Positions 14,390 through 31,264 of a stretch of 64,000 nucleotides of DNA are shown one piece after another. The first letter of the stretch is position 1, and each line of letters starts with the position of its first letter. The position numbers and the translations under genes are program-made. The DNA is from the human T2T-CHM13v2.0 reference genome, Homo sapiens. The DNA lies in NCBI RefSeq assembly GCF_009914755.1, contig NC_060925.1. One strand, written 5' to 3'. Under the pieces are notes generated by a model. The model was given only the letters and a program-made list of their open reading frames with translations, did not search any database and was not told where the DNA came from.

Positions 14390-16768
14390 CTAGAAAAATG
14401 ACAGAGGAAAAAAAAATCTTAATTATCAAACAAGCAGTTCATTGGCAATGACAGAAGAATAACTACCTTCAAGTACGGGTAGCTCCCAAATTAATGAGAA
14501 TACCTTTCCATAATAAGCATTCAAATAAGGAAACAAAAGACACATCCCAAATTAAAAATGATCAGAGCAGTAGTTAGGTTATGAACTTTTAAACTTAATT
14601 AATTTTAATTAAAATTTGGAAAACATACACTTGTTGGGCTGTAATTGTGCAAGAGTATTAAAGCTCCTGTAATACACAAAACATTTCACATTAAGTATGT
14701 TTTGGAGCAAAGTTTCTGATAGGTTTTGAGAAATTTTTGAGTTAATATTTCAGTCCCTAAGACTTAAATGACACTAACGTTCCTGCCTAAAGGGTATCCT
14801 CTAGTTCTCAGAGATGAAGATTTAAAAAGCAAACAAATAAATACTTAGAAAGCTATTATATTTAGGTTGTGGATTCTGCTTCTAGAATTCTGATTCAAAT
14901 TTCGTACTAAAATGACATAAGAAAAAAATGGTTGCCCCAATTTACCAGCATTCCAAATAACCATAGTGATTTATTGGGGGGAGAAATAAGCAACAATCGG
15001 ATGACTTAATCCAGAGTTTCTTGATAAGGAATATAAGACGAAGAGTCTTAGAAAAAAAAATCAGCTGTATAATCTGATAAATGAGCAGACTTTGTTCGAA
15101 TGCTGTGACAGTAAATTTCAGAAGAGAGCTAAACATTATGTAACTAGAGTTCATGGAAATGTAAAGACAGATCATACTAGGGTGAAGAGAACAAGCCACT
15201 GGGGAATTAAGAAACTTGGACTTTGGTCTCTGCTCTCCCCTTCCCTACATCATGTTTGCCAAAGGACTTGTTCTCTCAGGATCCCTGAACCTTCAACTAC
15301 ACAACAAGAAAACTGTAAGAAATAGACCCTGAGGTATCTTCAAGCTCTAAAAATGCTATAAACCTTTGACTCTGAATGAACATCCCTATAATTAGAGATT
15401 ATAAACATGGCACAAAGACACAATAAAAGTTCCAACAAGAGCCTTTGATTGAATATACGGAAAGACAACAATATTGTCAACAGATTCCTACTGGGAAGCT
15501 CAGGTCCAAACTGACTGTGTATTTCCCTAAAGCAGCTTTTAATTAAATAAGGATTAAGCCTAAACTGAGAGCTAGTACAAATAACAGATCTAATTGTATG
15601 GTCAAACGAAAGTGCAACAATCATAATAATGTAATCAAATATAGTGCCCATATGCTATAAGACGTTGAAGAGAAGGAAAACAAAATAAGGAGCAAAGCGC
15701 ATTACTTTGTCTTCTCTATGTGAATAAAAAGGTACAGAAGGATAATAAAAAGAAGGAAAAAGAAAAGGAACTAATGTTTACTGAATATCTATTAAATGCA
15801 AGACACAGTTATAGAAAACTTACATTCATTATTTTAATTCTTACAGTGATACTAAGAGCTGAATATTATTACATCTCTTTCTATAGGTGAGGAAACTGAG
15901 ACTGAAAATTAAGTAATTTGCCCAAAGACACACGAAAATTAGGCAAGTCAGTATTTAGGCCCACGTTTGTTCTTTCAACTGAAACAACCTTTCTCAACAC
16001 GTTTTTTTTTTATTGTCTCCACTTCTGAATTGAGAAGTCTAACTTATCAGAATTTCCTGCAGTAAAACCCTTCTTCCTTATGTTTCTAATATGCATAACA
16101 CTTTCCAAGATACGTCTTGTCAATCATAAATCTTTTAAATCAGAGGGCCTAGATGAAATTCTAACTGATGAATTTACAAGACATTTTCTGTTGTTCAGCA
16201 TATACAATTCCCTAGGACTCTCTGACCTTAATGAAATGAGATCTAAGAGTTATTATCACCATTTCAAGAATCTCCTCCAAATCTTGTCTAAATTTAACTT
16301 AAGCTCTTCTTTTGATATCTGGCTGTGTTTAAAAGAAAGAAAAAAAACTATTGCTTCATCAGATTTATTTTCAAATGAAAACATATCCACCACCAGTAAA
16401 GACTACAGGTGAATGTCATGACCAAACCTTGAACATGCAGGGTCTTGCATTCCCTTCATTCTAACCTGTAAGTCATAAGGTTGCAATGAAGGCTTCCTTC
16501 AGATTCCTACAGAGGACTCCAAAACGTGCTACCACTACCCAGCACAGCTACTTCTCTATGCACTTTGCCACACAAAATACACAGAACCACAATTTCCAAT
16601 CACAAATTTACCTGTTTGCTCACATAGAGAAAACTAAGTACAGCACTTTACTCCTATGTAATGTCTTATTTTGTTTACCTTCTCTTCTGTATTTTATAAT
16701 ATATGGACATTATATTTGGCCACATATTATTTAGATTACATTTAATGAAGCTATAAAAATGTTACTAA

Positions 16769-16895
16769 AGCTGGGCACAGTGGCTCACACCTGTAATTCC
16801 AAGCACTTTGTGACTCCAAGGCAGGAGGATCACTTGAGCTCAGGAGTTCGAGACCGGCCTGGGCAACATGGTGAAACCCCATCTCTACAGAGAAA
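16769..16895 (+). mobile_element. FLAM_C (Alu monomer), antisense to FRRS1, immediately after the exon 6 donor
   Basis: Left-arm-only Alu. TSD ataaaaatgttactaa (16753-16768) / ataaaattgttactta (16896-16911). Confidence 0.85.
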
Positions 16896-16912
16896 ATAAA
16901 ATTGTTACTTAC

Positions 16913-17060
16913 TGGTTTGGTTAAGTGGGAAACGGGAGGTAACGTTGGCAAAGGTACTACTGTAGCTTTAGGTGTTGTAAAAGGAAATGCATTTGGTTGT
17001 GAAATTATAGGACCAGGAATCTTCACCCAGTAGATTTTATACTTCTCAACAACTGTGACT
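16913..17060 (-). CDS. FRRS1: FRRS1 coding exon (exon 6): end of reeler domain and Pro/Thr-rich linker, VTVVEKYKIYW...SHLTKP
   Basis: Acceptor tattgcatttcag|A, donor CCA|gtaagt. 148 nt, cumulative 576. Confidence 0.95.
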
Positions 17061-18141
17061 CTGAAATGCAATACCAGTGAGATTAGAACCCTAATTGTGT
17101 CCTGTCACAATCAGATCAAAACGTTAAAGGAAAAAAAAAAGAAAGACTAAACTAGAAAAACATGACTTACTACCTAACAGGACTATTAATTTTGCCTGAG
17201 GCAAATCTCTAACCACTCTCTCCCACCCCATCACTTGACAAATTTTTATTGCTTTCTCTCCCTCTGTCCCTCTTTCCTTATTTGTCTGTTTTGGGGGCAT
17301 ATTCACAATAGCCATGATGTCAGACCCAGGGACAAAACTGCACAGATTTCTACTTCCTGGCATATGAAGAACATACTACAAGTCATTTCAGAGTGCAGTA
17401 TTCAATTCTTCCAAAGGGCATGTGTAGCAAGCAACAACAGCAAGAAGCTATAATAGAGGCTGCATCAGTAACCATCAGCTTTCACTGGGGTCACACCCCC
17501 TTTTTCACATTCCATCTAACATACCAGTGCAGAGTTGTGTTACTGTGTGTTGGGGACCCACGCACAAAGTGAAGAAAACAGTCATGTCAGGATAGCAATC
17601 CTTCCCTTAAAATATATGTCCATATCACCCCTCAGGAATCATTAGATGGCATTATAACATTCCATTTCCCCTTGTATGTAGGATAAGGAAGAAGTTCTGT
17701 TTTAATTCTACTGAGTTTCATAATTTGAGAGGCATGCAGTCTTTCTGAGAGTCTAATCTGCAAGTTGTAACACTGCAAAAGAGTAAGAGTCATCCAAATT
17801 TCAAGACTTTCATTTGTATTCTCATGCTAATACAGGAGCCAATCTAAAAGTAGTATTATATAACGTAAAGACTCAAGTATTAATTGATAGCTCTTATTAG
17901 GATTAAGGCAGTACAAGACTTCATTCACTTAACAAATGTCTATTAAATGTGTATTTTGTGACAGGTCCTGTGCTAGGTGATAGGTATACACTGGTAAAAA
18001 GCAAAACAAACTCCTACATCAGGAAGGTTGTGTTATTACTATACCAAAGCTCTCCTACATGTGTGAATGTCCAATAGGTACAGAAAATGATACAGACTAA
18101 TTATGGTTTCAATTATACTAGTAGTTACAGAGTTGTAAACT

Positions 18142-18273
18142 TTTTTTTCCTTTTTTTAGAGATGGGGTTTCACCATGTTGCCCAGGCCAGTCTCAAAATC
18201 CTGGGCTCAAGTGATCCACCACCTTGGCATCCCAAAGTGCTGGGATTATAGGCATGAGCCACCATGCCTGGCC
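18142..18273 (-). mobile_element. FLAM_C, sense to FRRS1, starting at intron 5 position +26
   Basis: Alu monomer. TSD cagagttgtaaact/cagaattataaact. Confidence 0.85.
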
Positions 18274-18298
18274 CAGAATTATAAACTCTTATACTCAC

Positions 18299-18393
18299 AG
18301 AAACTGTGTGTGATTTGGAGCACTGCTTGGAGCATTCCAGTAGACTTTAATTTCTGTTTTTTTAGATGCACTTCTGTGACTCACTGCTGATCC
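18299..18393 (-). CDS. FRRS1: FRRS1 coding exon (exon 5): reeler domain, GSAVSHRSASKKTEIKVYWNAPSSAPNHTQFL
   Basis: Acceptor tcccttttatttcag|GGA, donor CT|gtgagt. 95 nt, cumulative 428. Translated by hand; not in the ORF track. Confidence 0.95.
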
Positions 18394-19795
18394 CTGAAAT
18401 AAAAGGGAAAAGAGCTACCATTCAGTCACTCAATAGCTCAGCATGGCTGGAACTTCTATCATTTTGCGAAGTAATTTATCATTGCATGACATTAGCATTC
18501 TGGTGAAGACTATTTTATTTAGAAGAAGGACTCAGGCACTCCATAAATGAAATGTTGATTGGTTGAGAACATATTAGCAGCTGGCTCTGTGAATAAATGA
18601 GAGTCCACAGAAATCTAAGAACTGAAGAGAGCTGTGAACACTGGGTACGTTAACACTAGATAGAGCTTGCTCATTGTTTCATGTACATTATAAATTTATA
18701 TCTCTTCCATTAATAGATACAAATAGAATGCAGAAGATTCTTCGAAAGAGAAAAATTTCCTGCCTTCAAATACGTAGCATGATATTTTAGTCATTCCTTT
18801 CTCCAGAACAATCTTGTTTCCCACTTTCATGCACCTGGTCAACTCCTACTCATTCTTTGAGGCCTTACTTGAAGATCACCTCCTCCAAGAAGCTCTCTCC
18901 CAGTTCCTTCCAGGCTGTGTGTGGCTCCCTCTGCTATGCTTCCCACTCACTGTGTATGCTTCTAACCAAAGTTATCACACGGTTCTACTTATGTGTTCAT
19001 AGATGTGCTTATATGTAAAGTAAGGAGTTCTTCAAGGAGCAAGAGTAAGTCTTGTCCATCACCTATCCCTCCCATTCAGGACCATTTTTGGTGTAAAAAT
19101 AAATGGATGAATGAGTAAATAAATGAAAAAAAAATTAGACTCCTGTCATACTCTAGATCTCTGTCTTCAATATTAAAACCCTTCAAAAATTAATATAATT
19201 AAGAGCCAATATTCATATAAAACATCACAAGCTATAAATTCTTCAAACTACTTTACCTTTTATAGGGTGCTGATGTGTAAAAACATATTGCACGTAAAAT
19301 TAAGGAAAAAGTCTGATTGTTGTAAATCCATTTAGATGTTTACAATACATGGTTAATGTCATCATTTATCTTGCAACCACCACCTTATAGTGAAAAGAAC
19401 CCCAAAAAAAACTGACAGAGAGCAATTTCAAACTACAGTTGACCCTTGAACAACACAGGTTTGAAGTGCATAGGTCCACTTATATACAGATTTTTTTTCA
19501 ATAAATATATTAGAAAAGCGTTTGGAGGTTTTCAACAATTTGAAAAAACTCAGACAAACTGCATAGGCTAGAAATATTGAAAAAATTAAAAAGTTAGGTA
19601 TGCCTTAAATGCACAAAATATATAGGTATTAGTCTATTTTATCATTTACTACCATAAAATATGCACACACCTATCACAAAAAGTTAAAATTTATCAAAAC
19701 ATACATACACAAACAGACCACACATGTGCCATTCACAGAGACATATAAACAAATGTAAAAATGCAGTATTAAATCATAACTGCATAAAATTAACT

Positions 19796-19969
19796 GTAGT
19801 TGGGACTACAAGCACATGCCACCACACCCAGCTAATTTTTGTATTGTTTTGTAGAGACGGGGTTTCACCATGTTTCCCAGTCTGGTCTCAAACTCCTGAG
19901 CTCAAGCAATCCACCAGCCTCAGCCTCCCAAAGTACTGGGATTAGAGGGATGAGCCACTGCACCCAGCT
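19796..19969 (-). mobile_element. 3'-deleted Alu inside Tigger2
   Basis: Left arm and start of right arm only. No poly-A. Joined to Tigger2 at a shared GTAG. Confidence 0.75.
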
Positions 19970-20184
19970 TTTATCGTGTTTTGTGCACTACTGTAAACCT
20001 TGAATAACACCATGGGGCCCATACGAAGTGCCACTAGTGATGCGGTAAGAGTTCTCAAGAAGCAGAGAAAACTCATGACATTACAAGAAAAAGCTGAATT
20101 GCTTGATATATACTGTAGATTAAGGTCTGCTGCTGCAGTTGCCCGCCATATCAAGATAAATGAATCCAGTATAAGAACCATTGT

Positions 20185-20217
<33 letters not shown>

Positions 20218-20576
20218 GAAAATTCGTAAAGCTGTCACTGCAGCTATGCCAACAGATGCAAAAACCTCACATTTTTTGTGAAAGACCTTTTCATCTCATA
20301 TCGGAAATGCAGCTTTTATGCAGGTGTAAGAATTGCTATAAGAAAGGGATACTTATAGACTAATATTATTCAAGAAAAAGCAAAGTCATTATATGACAAC
20401 GTAAAGCAAATGGAAGGTGAAGGGTCTAAAGCTGGAGAATTTAATACCAGCAAAGGATAGTTTGATAATTTAGAATAAAAGTTTGGCTTTTAAAATGTCA
20501 AGATAACAAGAGAAGCAGCTTCTATTGGCCAAGAGGCAACAGGCAAGTCCCCAGGCGTCATTAAGAAAATCATTGA

Positions 20577-21152
<576 letters not shown>

Positions 21153-21503
21153 TTAACAGGTTTTTAATGCAGACAGAAGTACCCGATTTTGGAAATTAAT
21201 GCCACAAAGTCACTTATTAGTAAAGAAGAGAAGCAAGCACCAGGATTTAAGGCAAGAAAGAGCAGGCTATCTCTACTGTTTTGTGCAAATGCAGTCAGTT
21301 TATGATCAGGACTGCTCTTACCTATAAAGCTGCTGGCTGCTAATCCCCGAGCCTTGAAGGGAGAAGATAAGCATCAGCTGCCACTGTTTTGGTTGTTAAC
21401 TACAAGAAGTCCTGGACAATAAGAAATCTTTGTCTGGATTGGCTCCATGGACGTTTTACCTCTGAAGACAAGAAGCATCTTGCCAGTAAAAGACTGCCTT
21501 TTA

Positions 21504-21818
<315 letters not shown>

Positions 21819-21834
21819 GTGTTCTATTGATATT

Positions 21835-22248
21835 TGATATAGTTTGGATATTTGTCCCCACCCAACTCTCAAGTTAAATTGCAATCCCCAGTGTTGGAGG
21901 TGGGAACTGGTGGGAGGTGTTTGTGTCAGGAGAGCAGATTCCTCATGGCTTGGTGCTGTTCCTCGAGATAGTGAGCAAGATCTGGTTGTTGTAAAATGTG
22001 GCACCTCCCCCGCCACTAACTCTCTCTCTTGCTGTTGCTTTCACCATGTGAAGTGTCTGCTCCGGCTTCAGCTTCTGCCATGAGTAAAAGGCCATGAGGC
22101 CTCCCTAAGGCCTCCCCAGAAGCTGAGTACAAGATGCCAGTGCCATGCTTGTACAGCCTGCAGAACAGTGAGCCAATTAAGCCTCTTTCCTTGTTAAATT
22201 ACCTAGTCTTAGGCACTTCTTTTAGCAACACAGGAACAGCCTAATACA
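21835..22248 (+). mobile_element. MSTB-type MaLR solo LTR inside Tigger2
   Basis: tgatatagtttgg...cctaataca termini. Perfect 5-bp TSD atatt (21830-21834 / 22249-22253). Confidence 0.85.
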
Positions 22249-23418
22249 ATATTAGACAATGCCCCTGCTACCCAGAACCCCATGAGCTCAACACCAAAGC
22301 CACTGAAGTAGCCTCCTTGCCTCCAAATACAATGTCTCTAACTCAGTCTCTAGCTCAGGAAGTCTTAAGGACATGTAAGGCTCTTTACACACAGTACTCG
22401 ATGGAAACGATTGTCAACGCTATGGAAGAGAACTCTGATAGAACATCATGAAAGTCTGGAAGGATTACACCATTGAAGATACTATCGTTATTATAGAAAA
22501 AGCCAAGACAGCCATCAAACCCAAAACAATAAATTCCTGCTGAAGAAACACTGTATCTAGATGTTGTGCATGACTTTTAAAGATTTACAGAGCCAATCAA
22601 GGAATCATAAAAGAGACTGTGAATATGGAAAAAAAAGGTGGGGGACGAAGGGTTTCAAGACATGAATCTTCAAGAAATTCAAGAGCTAATAGACACCACA
22701 ACAGAAGAATTAACAGAAGACAACTTGATGGTGAGTGTTTCCAAACCAGTGCCAGATGACGATGAGGACTATGGAGAAGAAGCAGTCCCAGCAAACAAAC
22801 TGACATTAGACAACCTGGCAGAAGGGTTCCAATTATTCAACAATGCTTTTGCCTTCTTCTACGACATGGACCCTCCTATGATATAGCACTGAAACTAAAG
22901 CAAAGCGGGGAAGAATTGGTACCATATAGAAACATTTTTAAGAAAACGAAAAAACAAAAAAGTCAGACAGAAATTACAATGTATTTCTATAAAGTTACAC
23001 CAGTGTGGTGTCTCTCCTGCCTCCCCTTCCACCTCCTCCACCCACCCCAAGACAGCAAGACCAGCCACTCCTCTTCCTTCTCCTCTTCAGCCCATTCAAC
23101 ATGAAGGCAATGAGAATAAAGACTTTTATGATAATCCACTTCTATTTAATGAATAGTAAATATATTTTCTCTTATTTTCTTAATAAGATTTTTCTCTTGT
23201 CTAGCTTACTTTATTGTAAGAATACAGTATATAACATATAAATACAAAATATGTGTTAATCAACTATTTGTTATCAGTAAGGCTTCTGGTCACCAATAGG
23301 CTATTTGTAGTTAAGTCTGGGGGGAGTCAAAAGTTATACACAGATTTCCAATTTCCCCAGGGGTGGGGTCTGCACCTGTAACCTCCACATTGTTCAAGGA
23401 TCAACTCTAAACACAAAC

Positions 23419-23555
23419 CTGTATATCTTCACAGGTCAAAAGTTGTGACACTTCACTGTCAATCAATGTGAAGGAGCCAATAGGAGGGCCATTCAGATCC
23501 TCAGCATTACGCGCTTCTAGGAGAAAGCCTTTAAATGGATGCCCTGACAAAGTAA
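23419..23555 (-). CDS. FRRS1: FRRS1 coding exon (exon 4): reeler domain, VTLSGHPFKGFLLEAR...TCEDIQ
   Basis: Acceptor ttgtctttttctcag|, donor CAG|gtttgt. 137 nt, cumulative 333 nt, in frame. Contains the reeler FKGFLLEAR motif. Confidence 0.96.
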
Positions 23556-23849
23556 CTGAGAAAAAGACAAAAGGGTTGGTTAAAAAGCTTAGTAATATCA
23601 AAAAAAAATGTTTAGAGGTTGTACATTACAATTACAATGAGGTCTACATATGCAAAAGTACTCCTGGAGAGAAAACAGTCATCCTATAGGCAAAGAAGCT
23701 CTAAACTTTTTCCATAAAACTTTTTCCAGTGTTCCATAAGATATTCAATCTGTGAGATATTAATAGCCATTCCGCAAAGAGAAAAGAAAAATAGGTGATG
23801 GTCCAGGGGCAGTCCATAAGGCTAAGTTAGTTTGGAAAATGCTAGATGA

Positions 23850-23982
23850 TACCAATTGGGTACTATGCTTATCACCTGAGTGATGAAATAATCTGTACAC
23901 CAAACCCTCGTGACATGGAATTTACCTATAAACAAACCTACACATGTACCCCTGAACCCAAAATAAAAGTTTAAAAAAAAAA
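23850..23982 (+). mobile_element. Short L1PA/L1PB 3' end
   Basis: attgggtactatgcttatcacctgagtgatgaaataatctgtacaccaaaccc...cacatgtacccctgaacccaaaataaaagtt plus A tail. Confidence 0.8.
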
Positions 23983-24699
23983 TGTTTACTTGACCTCATT
24001 AGAGGAAAAAACATGAGGTGTTTTCTTTTGAATTTCAGTATTTAACACAGTGTCTGGCTCACAGTGACACTCAATAAATTCTTATTGAATTACAAAAAAA
24101 GAAAAACACTGGATGAAAGTAAATACTTGTTTCTTTACTGCAAATTTCTTAGGATATTTAATATCCTACTGTACAGTGTGAACTCTAAGGTATATTATAT
24201 ATCACACAGAATATTCCAAACTTATTTTTCTATATACTCTCTATGTAACAGAGTACCTGTTAACATTTTGCATTTCTAGAGTTGCAAAAAATAAAGTTTG
24301 CAAAATGCTGTTATAGATTTATCTTTAATAATCAGCCTACATTTTACCAGAGAAATTAGAGAATTGTTCTTAAAATTATATGATATCAAGAAGGACAAGG
24401 GTTTATTATATTTTAAACAAGATAAAATAAACTTCATTTTTCTCTTCTCTTGAAGTGATAGCACAATTAATAAAAATAGTAAATAACGATAAAAACTTAT
24501 TTTAAAGCCTGTTCTGGATGGGGAATACACAGACTACTTAAGTAATACAGTCATCTGGAACCAAAAATAAGAAGTATGATAGTATCTTACAAAAGAAAAC
24601 AGATTTAAGTGAAATCTTCTAAATCAAGTAATAATAAAGATTCAATAAACAGTAAAAGAGTGAAATCCAAAATGTAAACAGTTAATCCCAGCACGGTAC

Positions 24700-24895
24700 C
24701 TTCAATCTGATCTCCTGGCCTGAATGTCATCTGACTCACGTAAATGTCATGAACAGGAACAGACTGTGGACTATGACCATGTTCAGGAATCATTCCATGG
24801 CATGACTGTGTTACTTTTCCATTGGGATAATTAGCCACATAACTAATGTGCAACAGAAGTATGCAGGTACCAAGAGTAAATCCAGAAACTGCCAT
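24700..24895 (-). CDS. FRRS1: FRRS1 coding exon (exon 3): signal peptide and start of reeler domain, MAVSGFTLG...GDQIE
   Basis: Acceptor ttttacccttctttttgag|ATG, so the exon begins exactly at the ATG. Donor GAAG|gtaccg. 196 nt. Protein recognised as the FRRS1 N-terminus. Confidence 0.96.
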
Positions 24896-25023
24896 CTCAA
24901 AAAGAAGGGTAAAAGCCCATTATTGTCATATATAATTAAAATATAAAAGCTTTTACACAACAGGACCATAATTCTAGATAACTACTTGCTTTCTGTGTTC
25001 AGCAAACCATATTCTCAACATAC

Positions 25024-25128
25024 CTGATAAAAAGAATGTGATATGTGAAGTTTCACCTGAATTTCAATCTCAGCTCTACAAATTACTGTGAGACTTTGGG
25101 CAAATCATTTAATCCTCCACTTCCTTAC
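25024..25128 (-). other. FRRS1: FRRS1 exon 2, 105-nt non-coding 5'UTR exon derived from a MIR SINE
   Basis: Acceptor tttgtttccttatttttcag| (AG at 25130-25129) and donor TTATCAG|gtatgt (GT at 25023-25022). A 128-nt intron follows to the ATG exon. The + strand sequence resembles the MIR core (ctcagctctaca..tgtgagactttgggcaaatcatttaatc..ttccttacctgaaaaat). Confidence 0.75.
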
Positions 25129-25139
25129 CTGAAAAATAA

Positions 25140-25570
<431 letters not shown>

Positions 25571-27025
25571 TTACTCCACATCATCCTAGAAAGCTTAAAG
25601 AACAAAGAAGAAATGTTTCTTCTGGATTTAAATATCATCACCTGAATAAATCTATGATAAGACTTTTCCCAACTTCCTATTAAACTGATCATGATGACTG
25701 GGTGGATTATTTAATTTGCAATACTGAAAACTGAGGATAACAGAGAACCAATTGGTAGAGATAATAATTCTACTACATGTAGCCCAGATACTTCTGAATT
25801 AAGAAACACAATTGTCAGCCCACACAATCTTCTTCCCTCCCACAGCTCCAATCTTCCTCTTAGCATCTGGATAATAGAAAACCAGCTACTTTACCTCAGT
25901 CCCACCCTCTTGTAGCCCAGATCAACCACTTTGCTTCATGCATATATTCAAAACCTGCAAATCACAGGACTCAACAAGGCTGGAGGTGATGAGCAGTGAC
26001 ATGATACATGGCAGTAAATAAAGTTAACACCATGGACAGGTTGCAGATGGGAAACACCTAAGAGGCAGTTTATTATTTATAGAAAAGGAGTTTTCTATAT
26101 CATATATCTGGTCATAGACAATAGCAGCCTTAGAATCACTAGAAAAAATTATTGTTTTTTAGTTATGTCAATCAGGACCAACTATTTAACTGCAGCCTAA
26201 CCTGCTGGGGTTTTATCAGAGCCTACATGACCTGGAGGACGGGAAATACCCAATTCCTGCCCACATTAGCCATCCTGTTTCACTTAAGTGGGGGAAGAAC
26301 CTTGAAGCGGTTGTGAAGTTCACACTCCAGGGGCATAAGCTCACTAAAATACTGAGGTCTACTCACAGGACTACAGAACAGTTCTCCTCCTCCCTCTCCT
26401 TACCACCACATTATTAAAGGCCTATTTACAGCAGTTCCTTTTACCCACTGCATCATGTCCAGTTATTAAGAACAAATTACAAGGCATACTGAAAGGCAGA
26501 GAACACAATTTGAAGAAACAGAGCAAGCCTCAGAACCAGACTTAGGTATGACGGAGATGTTGGAATTATTAGACCAGGAATTTAAAACATTATGATTAAG
26601 ATGCTAAATGCTCCAATGGATAAAGTAGATGGCATGCAAGAACAAATGCACAGAGATGGAAATTCTCAGAACCAAAAAGAAATGCTAGAGATCAAAAACA
26701 CTTTAAAAGAAGTGAAGTATGGGCTTGTGGGTAGACTGGACATATCTGAGATAAGAATCTCTTAGCCCGAAGATATCTCAATAGAAAAATATCAAACTGA
26801 AAAGAAAAAAAAAAAAGACTGAAAAAGAGAACAGATCCAAGAACTGTGGAACTACAAAAGGTACAACAAATGTGGAATCGGAATTCCAGAAGGAGAAGAG
26901 GGAAGGAAACAGAAGAATTATTTGAAAAAATTATGACTGAGAATTTCCCCCAAACTATTATCAGACACACAATACCAAGTAGGATAAATAAATAAATAAT
27001 AAATAAAAAACTACATCTAGGTATA

Positions 27026-27583
27026 TATGATGGTTAATTTATATGTCAACTTGACTGGGCTGAGGGATGTTCTGATAGCTGATAAAATATTATTTCTGGA
27101 AGTGTCTATGAATGTATTTCTAAAAGAGGTTAGCATCCCAGTCAGGAAACTGAGTAAAAAGATCACCTCACCAAAGTGGGTAGGTATCATCTAATCCTCT
27201 GAGGCCCTAAATAGAATAAAAAAGCAGAGGAAGAGGGAATTACTCTCTCTTCTTGATCTGAGACATCCCTCTTCTCTTGCCCTCAGACATCAAGGTTCCT
27301 GGTCCTGGGGCCTTAAAACCACAGGACTTACACCAGCAATCCTTTCCCCAACCCAAGGCCCTCAGACCTGAACAGGAGGTGCGCTATGGGTTCCCCCGGT
27401 TCTTAGGCCTTTAGGCTTACACTGAACTACTCCAGCAGCTTTCCTAGTTCTCCAACTTGTAGACAACAGATTTTGAGACTTGTGGGCTTTCAGAATCACA
27501 AGTCAATTTCCATAATAAATATCTATAATAAATATAAATAAAATCTTATTTTAATCTGTAACTGTGGAAAACCCTGATTAATA
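27026..27583 (+). mobile_element. MLT2 (ERVL) LTR
   Basis: tatgatggttaattttatatgtcaacttgactgggc...accctgattaata. Confidence 0.75.
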
Positions 27584-28149
27584 TGGCATATCATTTTCAA
27601 ACTACAGAAATCTAAGTGTTTTTTTAAATCCTGAAAGAAGCCAGAGGAAAAAGAAAGGAACAAAGATGAGAACTATATCTGACTTTTGCTCAGAAACCAC
27701 ACAAGCAAGAAGAGAGTAGAGTGAAATATTTAAAGTGTTGAGAGGAAAAGGTGGCACCATAGAATTCTATACCCCAAAAGATTATCTCTCAAAAGTGAAG
27801 AAGAAATAGGAAGACTTTCTCAGACAAACAAAAATTGAGAGAATGTGTTGCTGGTAAAACCTATCTTGCAAGAAAAGTGAAAAGAAATTCCTAAGAGAAA
27901 AGAAAAACAATAAAGGTCAGAAATTCAGATCTACATAAAGAAAGGAGAGCATTGGAAAAGAAATAAGTGAAGGTAAAGTAAAAATGTTTTTCTTCCACTT
28001 AGTCTAACATGAAAGTTTGTTCAAAATAATAATACATATAATTATTTGTATATGTTTATATATGCTTACTTTCGTATGCTTCTATATCAGCAAAATAAAT
28101 GACAAGATATAAGGGATGGTGAGATAGAGCAGGGACCTCTCTCTTAGGG

Positions 28150-29918
<1,769 letters not shown>

Positions 29919-30312
29919 TATATCACTAATCACTTTAAATGTCAATTGTCTAAATGTAGCAATTAAAAGACAGATTGTCAAAGTGGATCAGGAAACAGAC
30001 CCTATTACGTGTTTTCTACAGGACACCCACTTTAAATATAAAGACACATATAGATTAAAAGTAAATGCATAGAGAAAGATATACTACATTAACACTAATT
30101 TAAAGAAAGCAGGAGTAGCTACGTTAATTTCAGACAGTAGACTTCAAACCAAGGAAAGTTATCAGAGATAAAGAGAGCTTTACCTAATAATAAAAGGGTT
30201 AATTCTCCAAGAAGACATAACAATGCAATAGAGCATCAAAATAAGTGAGGCAAAAACTATTAGAACTAAATGGAGAAATAGATGAATCCACTATCAGAAA
30301 TGGACAGATCCA

Positions 30313-30616
30313 GGCTGGGTACCATGGCTCATGCCTATAATCCCAGCACTTTGTTAGGCCAAGGCGGGAAGATCACATGAGGCCAGGAATTCGAGACCAG
30401 CCTAGGCAACATAATGAGACTGTCTGTAAAAACAAACAAAAAATAAGTAAGTAAATAAATAGTTGGGTGCAGTGGACTACACAAGTAGTCTCAGCTACTC
30501 AAAAGGCTTAGGAGGGAGGATGACTTGAACACAGGAGTTCAAGGTTGCAATTAGCTATGGTCACACCACACCCCTGCACTCCTGCCTGAGCAACAGAGAG
30601 TGAGACCTTGTCTCAA

Positions 30617-30650
<34 letters not shown>
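30313..30650 (+). mobile_element. AluJ with (GA)n tail inside L1 ORF2
   Basis: TSD agaaatggacagatcca/agaaatgcacagatcca. Confidence 0.85.
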
Positions 30651-30653
<3 letters not shown>

Positions 30654-31264
30654 AATGCACAGATCCAGAAGGCAGAAAATCATTAAGGACATGGGTGAAT
30701 TCAACAACATCAGTCAACTGGATATAATGGATATCCATAGACTATTTCATCCAACAACAGAATACACGTTCCTCTCAAGCTCACATGGAATGTTCACCAA
30801 GATAGACTACATTCTGGGCCATAAGATACAACTTAATAAATTTAAGAGAATAAATTCGTGGGATGCCGCAAAAGCAGTGCTTAACGGGAAATTTACAGCA
30901 TTAAACACATATATAGTTACGTAAACAAATCCCTCACTAAATTAAACTACAGGAATTCCTGTTAAACGCCAGATATTGTGCTGGGAAATATACACGTTAA
31001 CCAGCCCTGCACCTAATGCCAGGAGCTACTAAGTAAACAGCATAGGGTCCAACAGTACCATATACCCCACTATTTATCAAACATGAAAGCTGGGGAGAAT
31101 TCTTTTCATTTAAGGAGGAGTGAAAGAAACAAATGAACCAACCAAGAGCTTCTGAAAAATATCTACAACATAAAAGGAGCTTAAGATTTCTCCATGGAGA
31201 AAAAAATAATAATAATAATATGGTTGATTATTATAGGAAACAGAATATTTAAGGAAATAACTGC

